64,000 bases of DNA from Paraspadella gotoi (taxonomy: Eukaryota; Animalia; Chaetognatha): contig CM119263.1 in NCBI GenBank assembly GCA_051294375.1, positions 17,032,171 through 17,096,170 of the forward strand, written 5' to 3'. Below, one piece after another: positions 37,965-50,500 of this stretch. Each line of letters begins with the position of its first letter. Position 1 is the stretch's first letter. The translations under genes were made by a program, and so were the position numbers. The notes beneath the pieces were generated by a model. That model made no database searches and was not told the DNA's origin. It saw only the letters and a program-made list of their open reading frames with translations.

Positions 37965-38598
37965 CTCTCTTCTCTCTGTCTCCTCTCTCTTCCTCTCTCT
38001 CTTCTCTTCTCTCCTCTCTCTCTTCTCTTCTCTCTCTCTGCTCTGTTGAAAACGGCGAAAGGAGACTAAGGCAGAGGACAAACAGAGGAAAGGTAACATT
38101 GATTTCTTATTGCTCTCCGTATTATGCGCATATTTTAATTTTTTGGCTGACACTCTTTTGTGTTGTGCGCGAGATTGCGAGTGTGTACAGTGTTGTCCTG
38201 TTCGACTCCTACGCGAAATGCAGGCCCATATTTAGGGATAGCGGCGTCGTCGCGTTCATCGGGTAGTCGGCGCGTCATCGAGTTATGCCGTCTTTGAAAA
38301 AAATACGAAGTTTTATTTCAATCATAACAAATCAACAAGAGTCCAAAAGTATAAAAAAAAAAAAAAACAGTCGAGTTTAGAATAAGGAATAGAAAGCAAG
38401 TCGTTATCCCTCCTGCATGATTTCATTTACTAATTAATTTCTGTCGACGTAAATGCGAAAAAAAAAAGATTTATCTTAATTTCGCGAAAAAATCGTCGTC
38501 TGTAGAAAACCGTAAAGATTCGAAGAGGAGACGGGCAATTTCGGTAATGGGGAACGAGCCTGAGGAATGAGAGAATGAAGAGGAAAAGAGAATGAGAG

Positions 38599-38653
<55 letters not shown>

Positions 38654-41600
38654 GGGAGGAGTGAGAGGATTTAGGCGCAAACGATGATTTGAAGTCGAAA
38701 GACCGAGAGAGGTTCAAAAAGGCGCCGGATTAGAAATGGGGTGATTCAAGATTGAGAAGGAACGACAAACAGGCTTGGTTCACCAATCACCACATGCGTG
38801 TGTTGCCGAAGGATTTGATACATGTCTCGGGAATGGGAAACGACATCAAAGCTACATTGTAACTAGATATTTTCTTATAAAAGTTTAACAATCGGAGAGG
38901 AAAAAAAATAATAAACATCGTTGAGTCATTTGAAAAAATAAAGAAAACTTACCCAATAATTGATTCATGAAAAGTAATAAAAGTTATTTAAATAAACTAT
39001 AATACTATCAAATTTTAAGAAAAAAAAAGGCAATTTGATGAAGCCGCGCTAAAAATAAATTTTACATACACATCCGAAAAAAAATTACTACCTTTTTAAA
39101 GAATCCAAATGTATCTTAGAGGGAAAAGTCAAACATAGAAGAAGCGAAACTAGATTTCGAAAACTCAAAAGTTGCTTATAAAACAAAAACCACCCACAAA
39201 AAGAGGAGAAAACGTTGGCACGTCGATCGTCGACGAGCGAAGGGGCACTCGTTAGTCGCTCATTCGGAATCGACTAAAGTCTTGGATTCTCGGTGTTAAC
39301 GAAGGACGTTCCCGTGAGAACTTTCTGTTAGGTTAAACAAAAATCCCTGAAAAGGAGAGGTTAAAATGGAAAAAAAGAGGAATGACGATTGCATTTTCTC
39401 CTTTTTTTTGAGGAGGTGGCGAGGTTAGGTGGTTGAGGCGGTAAGTTTCTATAAGATTTAGTTAGGCTTTCTCTTAAATTTTTACGATCGGATCTTATGT
39501 AAATTTCTATATTTTTTTTGCCAATCAAGTAGAGGACGGAATTCTTCAATATATATTTTCTCGTTCCTTTCTTTCCTTGGTTTTCTGTACATCCAGTAAT
39601 TTCTTTCTCAATTGTTGCCTTCTTTGCCCATTGCCTTAGATTGTCTTTCCTTCTGCCCTTTTCTTTCCTTTCCATGTTCGGTCTCAGTTGGCTTCACTGG
39701 ATCCCCGCTCAAAGGGCCCCCGCGCTCAATGGGCTGCGAACGAAACAGTTCCGTTGATGCGGAAAAAAATCTTGGATGAGGATCGATTTCTGATAGCGAA
39801 ACTGCCGTCGTCCAACTTCCTTACTCGACTGAGTCGTCGTTTTTTCGTTTAAGGAGTCATCGGTCGTCGTTGGACTGAAGTCATCGTTCATTCTCTTGTA
39901 TCTCCAAGTGACTACGTCGTTCTTCGTCCGCTCCGTTTAGAACAAAGTTTTATAAATGTCATCTTGAAAATTAGGATTTGAAAAACACTTATTTTTAATT
40001 ATTTAAATATTATTATTAGATTGTATTAAAAAAAAAATTTAGAAAAAACTAAAAAACTACAATTAATATTAATTAGACTAACTGACTCATTCATCCATTG
40101 TCGTGATTTCTTTTTAAAAATCTTTAATTTATATTTTTTTTCAATTCACAATGGAAGATAACTTTCGAACAATATTACAAATGCCGATGAAAGTACACGC
40201 GGACCTCGACCAGAGAAACATGAGATGAAACAGGAGCGCGACACGACGACCCGGATGAATTTTTTTATTCGAGCTCTACGACACGACGACGACCGAAGTG
40301 ACGCAGAACGAGACGCGTGACGATGACGTGACTTTCAGGGACGAACATGATGAAGAGAGTGGCAAGGGCGAACGAGAAAGTGGCCAAATTGATCCTTGAG
40401 ATGTGCATTAGTGAGAATGGCAAATGTCAAATGAAATGAATATGAGATTATGAACCATGTGATCAGTGAGAGTGCAGAGGCGAATTAACTGATTCGAAAA
40501 GTGACAAATAAACCAGAGAATGTGATTAGGAAAGGGACGCTTGAGGATTCATAAAGCAAGAAATAGGGCATAGTTGAAGCGTAGCGCAAAAGAGCGGGTC
40601 GAAGGATCCAGCGTTTGACTGTATGGGCGCTGACCAGTAGAAATGTCAATCAGTGCTCCGAGATGAAACGGAAAGTATCCGGCGCGAAAAAGAGGACAAC
40701 TAGGTAAACAACTAGAACTGTCTTTCAACTCTCTCTCTCTTCTCGTCTCTCTCTCTCTACTCTCTCTCTCTCTCTCTCTCCTCCTCTCTCTCTCTCTCTC
40801 TCCTCTACTCTCTCTCTCTCTCTCTCTTTCACGTTCCGAAACGTCTTTAAACTTAAACGAATTTTTGGCATCCCAAACCTCTCATATCATCATATTTGGG
40901 CAATCTAGGGTCAGAAGGCGGTTGCCAACAGGAGACCGGTTGATTTGTGTTGCTGGATGGCTCGGGGCTGGCAAACATCTACCATTCTTACAAGTAATTA
41001 TTAATTGATGTAAATTTATGACGATATTTACTAAGAATTCTTACTGGCTCCAGGATGTAAAACGGTAAAAAGGTGTCTGACGCCATTATCTTCCAGAGAC
41101 AAAACCGCTCTATCGGCCAATAAACATCGACGACGCACTTCTTCAAAGCGTCTAAAGTTGCCAGACAGAGGCGTCACCCCGACAATGACCGAGCTATCTT
41201 CGTCATTAAGAGGAACATCAAACTCTAATGAGAATTTCTTACTCTTCGAGGAGCTAATGGAGAATGGACAATCATGATTTTCAGCTTTAGACAAATCGGA
41301 AATGACGTACATATTGTTATGATTACGGTTAAATCTAGAATGCGTTGACACGAGAAGAACCAAATGACCAGAACATAAAAAAATGTAATATAAAAAATAA
41401 AATTAATTTCGGGGGGTCCCGTTGTCGATTTCCTGTTACAGTATCCACTCGAAAATTGTAACACAAAAAATGACTTGTCTATTTTCAAAACGCCTTTAGA
41501 ATGCACATTTTCCCTTCAACAACAGCACTCGGTATTCCTGGTGGCCATCTCACACGATAACATTCTTTCCATTCCTAGTTCAAGGAATTATCTTGACAGA

Positions 41601-43428
41601 CGTACGTGTCAGTTGGGCCGCTCCATGAAAGTGAATGTATGGCATTTGAAGCAAAGTCAGAACGAATATGCGAGACGGACGTCAACCGCTTTTTTGTACT
41701 GACGGAGCGCAACCTCCCAAAAAATCATATTGAGAAGGCGACAACAAAAACGATCACTCTGATGACATTCGCCGTTTGCTGGGAACTACGAAACGTCGCT
41801 TAGCTTGTGCGTTTTTGTGAGTTAAGTATACCACGGCCAACGGAGAACGACGGGATTGTCATTAAGACGATGCGGAAACGACTACTATGACCGAGGGAAT
41901 CTAGCGAACAGTAGAAATGCAACAAATTAAATTTAAAAAAAAAAAAAATTTCTTTCAGTTGCTCTAAATTTTTTAAAGGATTCTTTTGGATTGATGGAGA
42001 GATGGAGAAGTGATACGCCTCGTAGGAAGAGGGGAAAAGAGGGCAGAGAGAGAGAGAGCAGAGATGACAGAGACTTGCGAGTGCCAAGAGATATAAAAAA
42101 AACATTTACGCCGCTAACAGTGACTCATCGGCACAACTGAGCAACTTTAATCCAAATTCCTTCTTCATTCGAACGGAGATGAATAACGCCAGCGAGCATG
42201 GGAGTGGCGACACTTCGAGATTTTCGAGCTCACTATATGCGTTTGAAACTTCTGAAATATGCAACTGACCGAGCGATGCGACCAGCGCAGAACGAGTTCG
42301 AAAACTGCGGCTGCCATTCAAAGTTAGGCCACAAGAGATTCGCTTGGAAAACTCTGGCTAAAAAATAAAAAATAAAACACTAAAAAAACCGGATCGAATA
42401 CCGAATAACACTGAAATAAGTTTTGAAAATTTAAGCAATAACACATTATAAGAAGAAAAACTCATAGATCTTAATCCAAAAATCTATTATTTACATACGG
42501 TCGCATTACTAACCTTTTATATAATTTCTAAAAATACCGTCGATGTTATACTGGACTCGTTCATTTTCAGCCCGGAACCGAGAAGAAAAAAAATAAGTGG
42601 ATACCCCGAAGCAGACTATCAAATCCTCAGCCGCATGCCATCAATCCTTTTGTGCTCAAAAGGGTCACGCATTTACCGACATCAACAAGACTCGCTTATT
42701 TGATCGAAAATAAGGAATGTCTCTGAATGTTTTCAAAATATTTGATGTGGGCTGTTATGTTCAGCGAAAGTTAGTAGTTGTACCTATTTCTAAAATCTTT
42801 ACATGGGCAGAGATTATAGAATTTTGCGCTTCTAAAAAAGACTAATATATTTTCTTTTTAAAGTAGTGAGTGCACCATCGTAAAGCTAAACATGCATAAT
42901 TTTCAAAATTTTAAAAATATAATAAGATTTAAATTATAAAAATAAGGTTAGAAGTTCTAGCGCAAGCGGTTAGATATAGGGTCCTAGAGACTAAACACTA
43001 AAAAATGTAAGTTAAAAGGAGGAAAACTAAGTTGTATTAAATATTCTTAAACGCATAAAGATGAAGTCCTTTCATTCAGAAACGAGGTTTAGAAATCATA
43101 AATTGTTGAAAAAAACATCTCAGCCATGCAATGACCATTGAATCACTCGACATGGACGGAACGCTTGTACTATATAACAGGGTTTACTTCCCCCTTTACA
43201 AAAAGTTCTTGCAACTTCATCTTGCAAAATGAAGTCGATGAAAGCGATTTACGTTTTAGCCATCTCGCAGTTCTCGTCTACTTCGCGTGAATCGGGGTCG
43301 ATAGTCATAGGTAACGACATCGAGCCTCGTCTCGGCGACGGCATTAAAGTAATCACGTCCAGGCATCACGACGTCGAATTTAGCTGGTGAAAGATGAAGC
43401 TGTAGAAAGCAGAGGGAGAGAGGATAAT

Positions 43429-43461
<33 letters not shown>

Positions 43462-46299
43462 AGAGAGGAGAAGAGGAGAGACGACGAGAGCAGAGAGAAA
43501 TGAGAGAAAGAGAGGAAAGGGAAGACGTGAAGAGTCTTTAGGGGAAGTTAGTAAAACGGGGGCGGGTAAGGCGAATGGGAAGAGGGGGAAGGAATTTTTG
43601 TGAGGAAATAACTTTTGGGGAAATCTTTATTATAATTATAAAAGATCATTAATTATTAAAAAAAAATAAATAAAAATGAAAATTTAAGTAAATTTCCCCT
43701 ACATGTGAAGGAGCGGCAAGGAGATTAATTTTATTTAAGTTTTATATTGTTATTAAGTGTAAAAATATTGAGAAAATATCGACAAACATTGTCACCAGAT
43801 GACGAAATAGAGGAAAAAGAGAGATGCTTTACCAATATTTAAATTCATTGTGAAACAAAAGCCCAAATTCTTACTGGCAAGAAGAGAAAACAAGACCCCT
43901 CTTTCCTTGGATGTCTCTCCCTCCACTTTATCTCCCTCTCACTCACTCGGTTTAATCTCTCTCTCTCTCTCTCTCTCCCTCTCCTCTCTCTCTCTCATCA
44001 TCCATTCTTCTCTCTCTCTCTCATCAGTTTCGATCGGCCGGGGAAAGATCTTAATCACTGATTTGTCCTCCACTCTTTCTGCTTTTATTGTTCCTAAAAA
44101 CGAAACTTTTCTTCTGGACATGAACTCGCGCCAGATAAGTCAGTTGAAAAAGTTTCCCCAGGGCCGTGACGAAACCGGTTTTTACTATTATTGATAAGTT
44201 AAAACGAAGGGAATTCGGTGAATGTCTGCTCATCTTTCACGAGGCCCGATAAAAGTAGCAGGGTGGGGTGACAGCGCCCCCCCGCCTGCGGAACCCGGGG
44301 CATTGACTTTCTGAAAAAAGACTCTTCAATGAGGGGAGTTGAAACGGTTAATGAATTAAAGAATAGAACACTGGCGAGGTAAAGAGAAGCAATAAGATTT
44401 AGAGATGTTGGGAAGTCTGCTAGAGAAAAAATTTGGATTTAGATGAGGGGAGGCCTTGTGACAAAGTAGGGATTTGAGGGAAAAAGGGTAGTAGGTTAGG
44501 TTTCATGAACGGCAAGCAAACCGATGTTATCCTAAGCTAATTAATTCTAAATAAAAACCACTACACAGGTTAACGAGCAGGATGATCACTACGAACAGAG
44601 AGCGGGGAAGAAAAACCGGGCGAAGATGACGAAGAAGACGACCGGAGAAAAAAAGGGCATTTACGTCACCATTCGACCGAAAATTTATCCTCTCCCACTT
44701 TTTTTTTATCTATTCCTCCTTATCTTTACCGAGGCGGTCTTTAAAGGCAGAAGAGAACGACGGGGGAGAGAAGAAAAGAGAGAAGAGGAGGAGAGAGAGA
44801 GAGAGAGAGTTAGAGAGAGATGAGAGGAGAGAGAGAGAAGAGGCAGAGAGACGAGGAGGAGAGAGCACTGTACGGCGGGCATAAAGCAGACGACGAAGTG
44901 AGAAACGGCATGACCTTTGGACCTGACGGCTGGGCAAGCCCCGCACCCCCGGCGACCCACGGATGCCCCGAGACCTATCACGCGCGGCGAGGCGATGAAG
45001 AAAAAAAGTCGGTTCCCTCGGTGTCACCTCGTTTATCTTTCCGTGCTTTAGATGAGCGGCTTATGTGCGGCGCTTTGAGCACTTTTCACCGATTTTAATT
45101 ACGCACAGGATTTACTTGCAGGCTCTTTGAACAGCCAGGCACTTATTGCTTCATTGACTGTTCGTGTGATTATATAAAAAGATTTCGTTACAGTTTAGTT
45201 TGTCTTTGTTTCTGTCTCCCAGAACAAGATTCTTTAAATTACCTCTTATTTCTTACCCGACAGATCGGTTTTTCCCCCGAAGATATGGCGACATATTTTT
45301 TTTTTTTTGTTAACCGAACCAGCTATTCATCTCTTATAAAATTACGGACATCTTTTTAACTGGCAACGATCTTCCAACTACCCACTTTCGTCTATCTCAT
45401 CCCATCTTCCAGTTTCTCAAGACGGTAAAGTCCACTTTCGGTGAGATCCGGAGAAAGACGAAAAATCAATCGAACTACAACAACCAGGGACCGGATCGTA
45501 CGGTTCGGCGATTGCTCCTTTTTTCATTAATCTTCTTGATTAACAAACCGGTGCTGCCGCCACTTCTGCCGGGATGAATTAAACGCTACACCTGCAAATT
45601 TGGAACGCAGGGAAATGGTGGGGGGGGGATCCGGCCGGGGGTTGGGGTTTCACTGGCCGAGAAGAAATCGATTTGGCCTGACTCGAATTTAAGCGCTAAA
45701 TGAGACGACGGAAATTTTTTTTTTTTTTTTTTTTTCGCGAAGAACCGAATTTCGCCGGGTTTCGGCCGAAAAATGGCGGACGCTGCGTATCGGGTTAGAC
45801 GATTAAAAAAAAAACGGTAAATTATTGCGCCACAAAAACAAAAGCGAAAGGCAAACATCGAAGGGACCAAGATTAAGAAGAGGGGCGGGGAACTCGAAAA
45901 AGCTTCGCGACGTCGACAGGGAGAAAGCTGATTGAAAAAAAGAATATTTTTAAATTCAAAAAAGTAAACAAAAAGGGCTCTTCGAGTTTATTTTGCTCGG
46001 AGATATTTCATTTGCGTTTTCGCCGCGAAATTATCAAGAGTCTCTAGGATTTTTTCTTAAGAAAATAAAAACGAAAATGGAGGTTGAGGAGAGGAGGAGG
46101 TGCGGAGAAGGAGGGAGGGCGAGTGAGGAGAGAGAGGAGAGCAGAGAGAGGGGAGAGAGAGAAGAGGACGAGGAGAAGAGAAGAGAGAAGAGAGAGAAGA
46201 AGAGAGAAAGATTTTTACGACGTCTTCTGTCTTCGTTTTTTCTTTTCAGAGCAATCAACCGTCTCCTGGTAGAGAACACCTGAGCCATCCCTGAAGTGT

Positions 46300-46371
46300 C
46301 ATCATCATCCTCATTCATCATTCAATCATCATCCTCATCATTCATCCTCATTCATCATCATCATCATCATC
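46300..46371 (+). repeat. Imperfect (CAT)n microsatellite
   Basis: Trinucleotide run with interruptions. Confidence 0.9.
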
Positions 46372-46444
46372 TTCAACAACATTACAAACATCATTTGTCC
46401 AAGCTTTTCATTTCAGTGACCTCTTCATTTTCATTAATTCCTAA

Positions 46445-46812
46445 GAAATTGGTACAACCAATATAAAAATTATCCATTCATTTAATAAATTAGCTTTCTT
46501 ACCCCTGACTTTGGACAGGCTTTGGTGGTATAAGGCCTACATCACTCTAACAAGATAATGACATAGAAGGCCCCTGCAAATTTTCTCACAGTCTGATTTA
46601 TTCACTCCCAATGTACCTGGCTTTCCTATCAATGAAGTGGAAAATATTTAAAAGAATGTTTCCATTGTATGAAAAAACAACTCCCTTAAGTATTAGATCG
46701 AGAAATACTATATTGTACTCCGCCCAGCATCAAAATACAAGGAGCTGAATTTTATGAAATTGGTACAACCAATGTAAAGATTATCCATTGCCCCTGACTT
46801 TGGACAGGCTTT
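46445..46812 (+). repeat. Two copies of the same dispersed repeat module, each followed by CCCCTGACTTTGGACAGGCTTT
   Basis: gaaattggtacaaccaatataaaaattatccatt at 46445 with cccctgactttggacaggcttt at 46502. tgaattttatgaaattggtacaaccaatgtaaagattatccattgcccctgactttggacaggcttt at 46746-46812. Confidence 0.8.
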
Positions 46813-47112
46813 ATATTTATAATATAATAATAATCGTTTTTCACTCAAATCTTATTCTCCATTTTGAATCTTTCTTCATCCTTTTATAATCTTTAGAAAA
46901 CTTTTTGCTCGCCTCTTCATCCACTTTTAATCATCTCATCAGACCCACTTCACCTCACAAACTTATTTCCCCTCTTTTTCTCTCCCTACTCCACCCACAT
47001 CTTTAGCCTTCCTACTCTTTCACATCCTCATTTTCGCCGGATTAAAAGTAAATTTTTTTATCATAAAAAGGAAAATCAGCTGAAGAAAGATGAGCAAGAG
47101 TGTGCGAGAGAG

Positions 47113-47282
47113 NNNNNNNNNNNNNNNNNNNNNNNNNNNNNNNNNNNNNNNNNNNNNNNNNNNNNNNNNNNNNNNNNNNNNNNNNNNNNNNNNNNNNNNN
47201 NNNNNNNNNNNNNNNNNNNNNNNNNNNNNNNNNNNNNNNNNNNNNNNNNNNNNNNNNNNNNNNNNNNNNNNNNNNNNNNNNN
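47113..47282. other. Assembly gap (170 N)
   Basis: Run of N. Confidence 1.
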
Positions 47283-47488
47283 TAGGAGAGAAAGAAAAAG
47301 GGAGGGTTATAAAAGGAATCTGCGTCATCGCGTCCCTGAAGGGGGGCGTGTCTTGAGAACCGGAAACGGTGAATGGGAGGAAATTATGAGCGATAATCAT
47401 TATTTCCTCCCATCGCTGGTTAAGAATTTTCCAGAGACTGACAACGACTTAGCTTCATTTTCTTTCTCCTCGCTCTCTCACTTTCTCT

Positions 47489-47513
47489 NNNNNNNNNNNN
47501 NNNNNNNNNNNNN
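47489..47513. other. Assembly gap (25 N) directly before copy C
   Basis: Run of exactly 25 N. Confidence 1.
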
Positions 47514-50500
47514 TCAGATCCCTACCCCGTATCATCCCACCTCTTCTATTTTTTTTTTTTAATCTTTTTTCTTTCTAATCCTTTTTTGTTTCTTCCCTAC
47601 GTCGCTATTCGCAGTATCTACTCCCAACTCTTCTTCTTTTTTTTCTCGACTTTCTTTCTTCTATTTTCTATCCTCTTTTTTGTTTTCCCACGACCTATCG
47701 CCCCGATCTACTCCCCACTCTTTTCTTTTTTTTTATCCGATCTTCTTTCAATCTTTCTAAATCCTCTTTTCTTTGTTCTTCCCTCGATCGCCTATCGCCC
47801 CGTATCTATTCCCCACCTCTTTTCTATTTTTCCTTCGTTTATCCGCCGTAGAGCGATTGAGCTTCGCAAAAAGCGCCATCATTTTCTCATTATTGCGGGC
47901 ACGATTAAAGCCACAGATGCCACTTATCGGGATTTAAAAGCGGTGCGCCGCGACGCAGATGGACGATCGAACGTTTAATCGCCGATACTCTTCAATTTTC
48001 CACGAGAAAGGAGAGTAAAGTGGTCGTTCTATTTACAAAAGATAATTTTGAAAAGCAAAAAAATGTTCTGTACGTTCTACTATTTAAAGAACTAACAAGT
48101 TATAAAAATTTCCGTTCCTTTAACAACACACAACGTTGGTAATTATTTTTATTTTAAATAATGAGTAATTAAAAGAGAATTGCTACCTGATTTACTCCTC
48201 TCCTCATTTCAAAGACAAACAAGCGAAGAAAATGCACTAACTACCTTTGAGAATGTTTACGATGGCGAAGTAGGTAATCCGAGGGTATGAGCTTGGCAAA
48301 ATCAGAGACGCTGGAGACGAGAAGATGCATTTTCGACGCGACCGCTGTTTTGGAGATCCGAGGTCCGAGGCTCGATCGAACCCGCCGCGGATCCCGAGGC
48401 TGGGTTCAAGTGGGAGCGGTCGTTCGGGGGCCTCGAATCAATTTTCTCGATCGGGGACATCGGGCCGAGGGGCTTACTGGGACGTGATCGTCCGCGGTTA
48501 GCCTTTTCTCTCGCGAAAGGACACAGGGTGGGACATGATCCGATCACTACTGGCTGTGATTCGGAGTTGGCGACGAGCGCGAGAGCCTTTCGACGACGCC
48601 GATGATTGTGCAGATCCGGAGAAACCTGTCGCTCGAGATTCCTACTTCCGCTTTCAGTTTCGCGTGCGATGGCGAGGGGACGCACCGGCATGAAGTCCTT
48701 CATGGATTGACTTTGGATGAAGACACCGATGATAGTTGGCGACGAAGACAACGATGAATTTTATCGGCGACGAGAGACGACGATGGAGCGGGCAGGATGG
48801 CGCGAAGACGACGGCGACGGCGAGACGACCAGACGGAGGACGGCCGCTTCGACCCATTGAGGATGACTTTTGGGGATGACAAGAGACGAAAGCAACGACG
48901 AAATGCCGAAGGGGTAATGTCTCCGTTGCCGAGTTTGTACGAAAAGTTTGGACGAAGCAATTCATCGTCACCCGTCGCTGGACCTCCTCCGTTTGCAGCT
49001 CGTCCCGTCGCCGCGCTATCTCGCGGGCTCATGTCCTTCGTCGCTCCAGCGAAGGACGACTGCAAAGGCGCACCAGTTTGTCTGCAACACGTCGAAAAGC
49101 GCAGGACTCCGGGATGCGACAAACTCGGAAAGCAGCAGCCGGCCGGCCGCCGCGGAAGGCCGGGCGGCGGCAGCTGGCCGGCGGAGGAGGAGACGCAAAG
49201 GTGGAAGGCTGAGCGCGGGGTTTCGTGCGACGGCCACGAGATAAGGCGTGCGGACGTCGATTGACGCCCGAGAGGGGACGTCGGCAGCTCCAATTCGATC
49301 ACTGGAAGAGCTCGGAAGGGGGACCTGCTTGTCGGGAGTCGGCCGAACGGGACTTTTGAGGCTCTCGTGGGTGACGTGGGATGCACTTTGGCAAGGGGAG
49401 ATCATCGAGCGAAGCTGCGCGTCCAGACAGCCGGCCGCGCCCGTCGTGAGGAAATCGAGATTCTCGCGAATGTATCGGTGAGAAAGAAAGGAATGAATCT
49501 TGGAGATGTCTTCTCTGAAGGATATGGGACATTGAGCACTTCGCATTTTTGCCAAAAAAACCCGATAGGAAGAAATAGGCTTCTTATGGAGTATGGGGAG
49601 GTCACGAATAATCTCAGTCTGACAGTGTAAGGAATTGGCTCTACGGAAGATGAACTTTGATATGGATGTTTTAAAGGATTAAGCTGTGTCCGTTTTCGGG
49701 AGTGTTTCTTCCGAAATTCCGTCATGAGATAAATCGAAGAAACCAGCTCGACCGTTTCGTCATTGTCGGAGCGGCGGAAGCTTGCATCTCCAAGATCATA
49801 AGCGCGCGCATTTCTCGTCGTTCGTAGATCCGTCGCCATTTGTTGGCGTCCCGAGGCGGGCGTTAACGCCGCCGCCCGCAACGTCATATCCTTCCATTTC
49901 TATCGGTTTGCCCTCTCTTCGGTAAGGCCGCCGGGGTGGGGGGAACCGGGAGCACATGGGCCGCGCCTTAGGTCTCTCGAGCAGCCTCGACGCTTTCGGG
50001 CGCGGCCGCTTTCTTCAGAGCCGTCCGGTTCGCGAAACAGTGACTCGGAAATGGGATACGTCGAATCGGCGATTGGACTGTACAGATCCTACGAGAGGCT
50101 GGTTTGGGCCCAGGAGTAGCCGCCTCGGAATGCGGTGTCGGGCATCAGCGGCTGAAGGAATGTCAAAGGCTGGATGTGCCTGCGGTCGAATTTTGGCTAA
50201 GATTAAAGGCATAATATCGGGTGGGATGGAATCGGCGGGAGGTCGTGCACGGGGTGGGCAGGCCTCGGGCCCGTCGGCGCTCTTCCGTCTTTGAAAAGAC
50301 CAACTCCGTGGTGGACCCGATGGTGGAGTCATCGGGCGTCAAGGCACGTCTTTTCCGAGGATTCGTCCCGCCGGAAGCTGCGGCCCGGCGAAGCCATCGT
50401 GGCGTCGTGATTGGAGTTCGAAGCTGCGTCAGCCTCGAAAGCGGTGACGTCCCCAGGATGTTGAGGAGGAGTCGTCATTTCGTCCTGCAAAAAACGAATT

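Larger units (their letters stand above)
27930..45911 (+). repeat. Copy B: indel-rich version of copy A, probably low-coverage long-read gap-fill sequence
   Basis: Same order and orientation as 10345-27904 but with scattered 1-2 bp insertions/deletions every few tens of bases, broken microsatellites and a shattered ORF. Starts immediately after a 25-N gap. Confidence 0.92.

Noticed and set aside
47305-47316. TATAAAAGG TATA box
   Set aside because: Sits in a 206-bp island between two gaps, with no supporting context.
27930-47513. 19.6 kb unit as a giant transposon, Polinton or integrated virus tandem
   Set aside because: No TIRs/LTRs, integrase, polymerase or capsid ORFs; boundaries coincide with N-gaps; content is a copy of adjacent host sequence.
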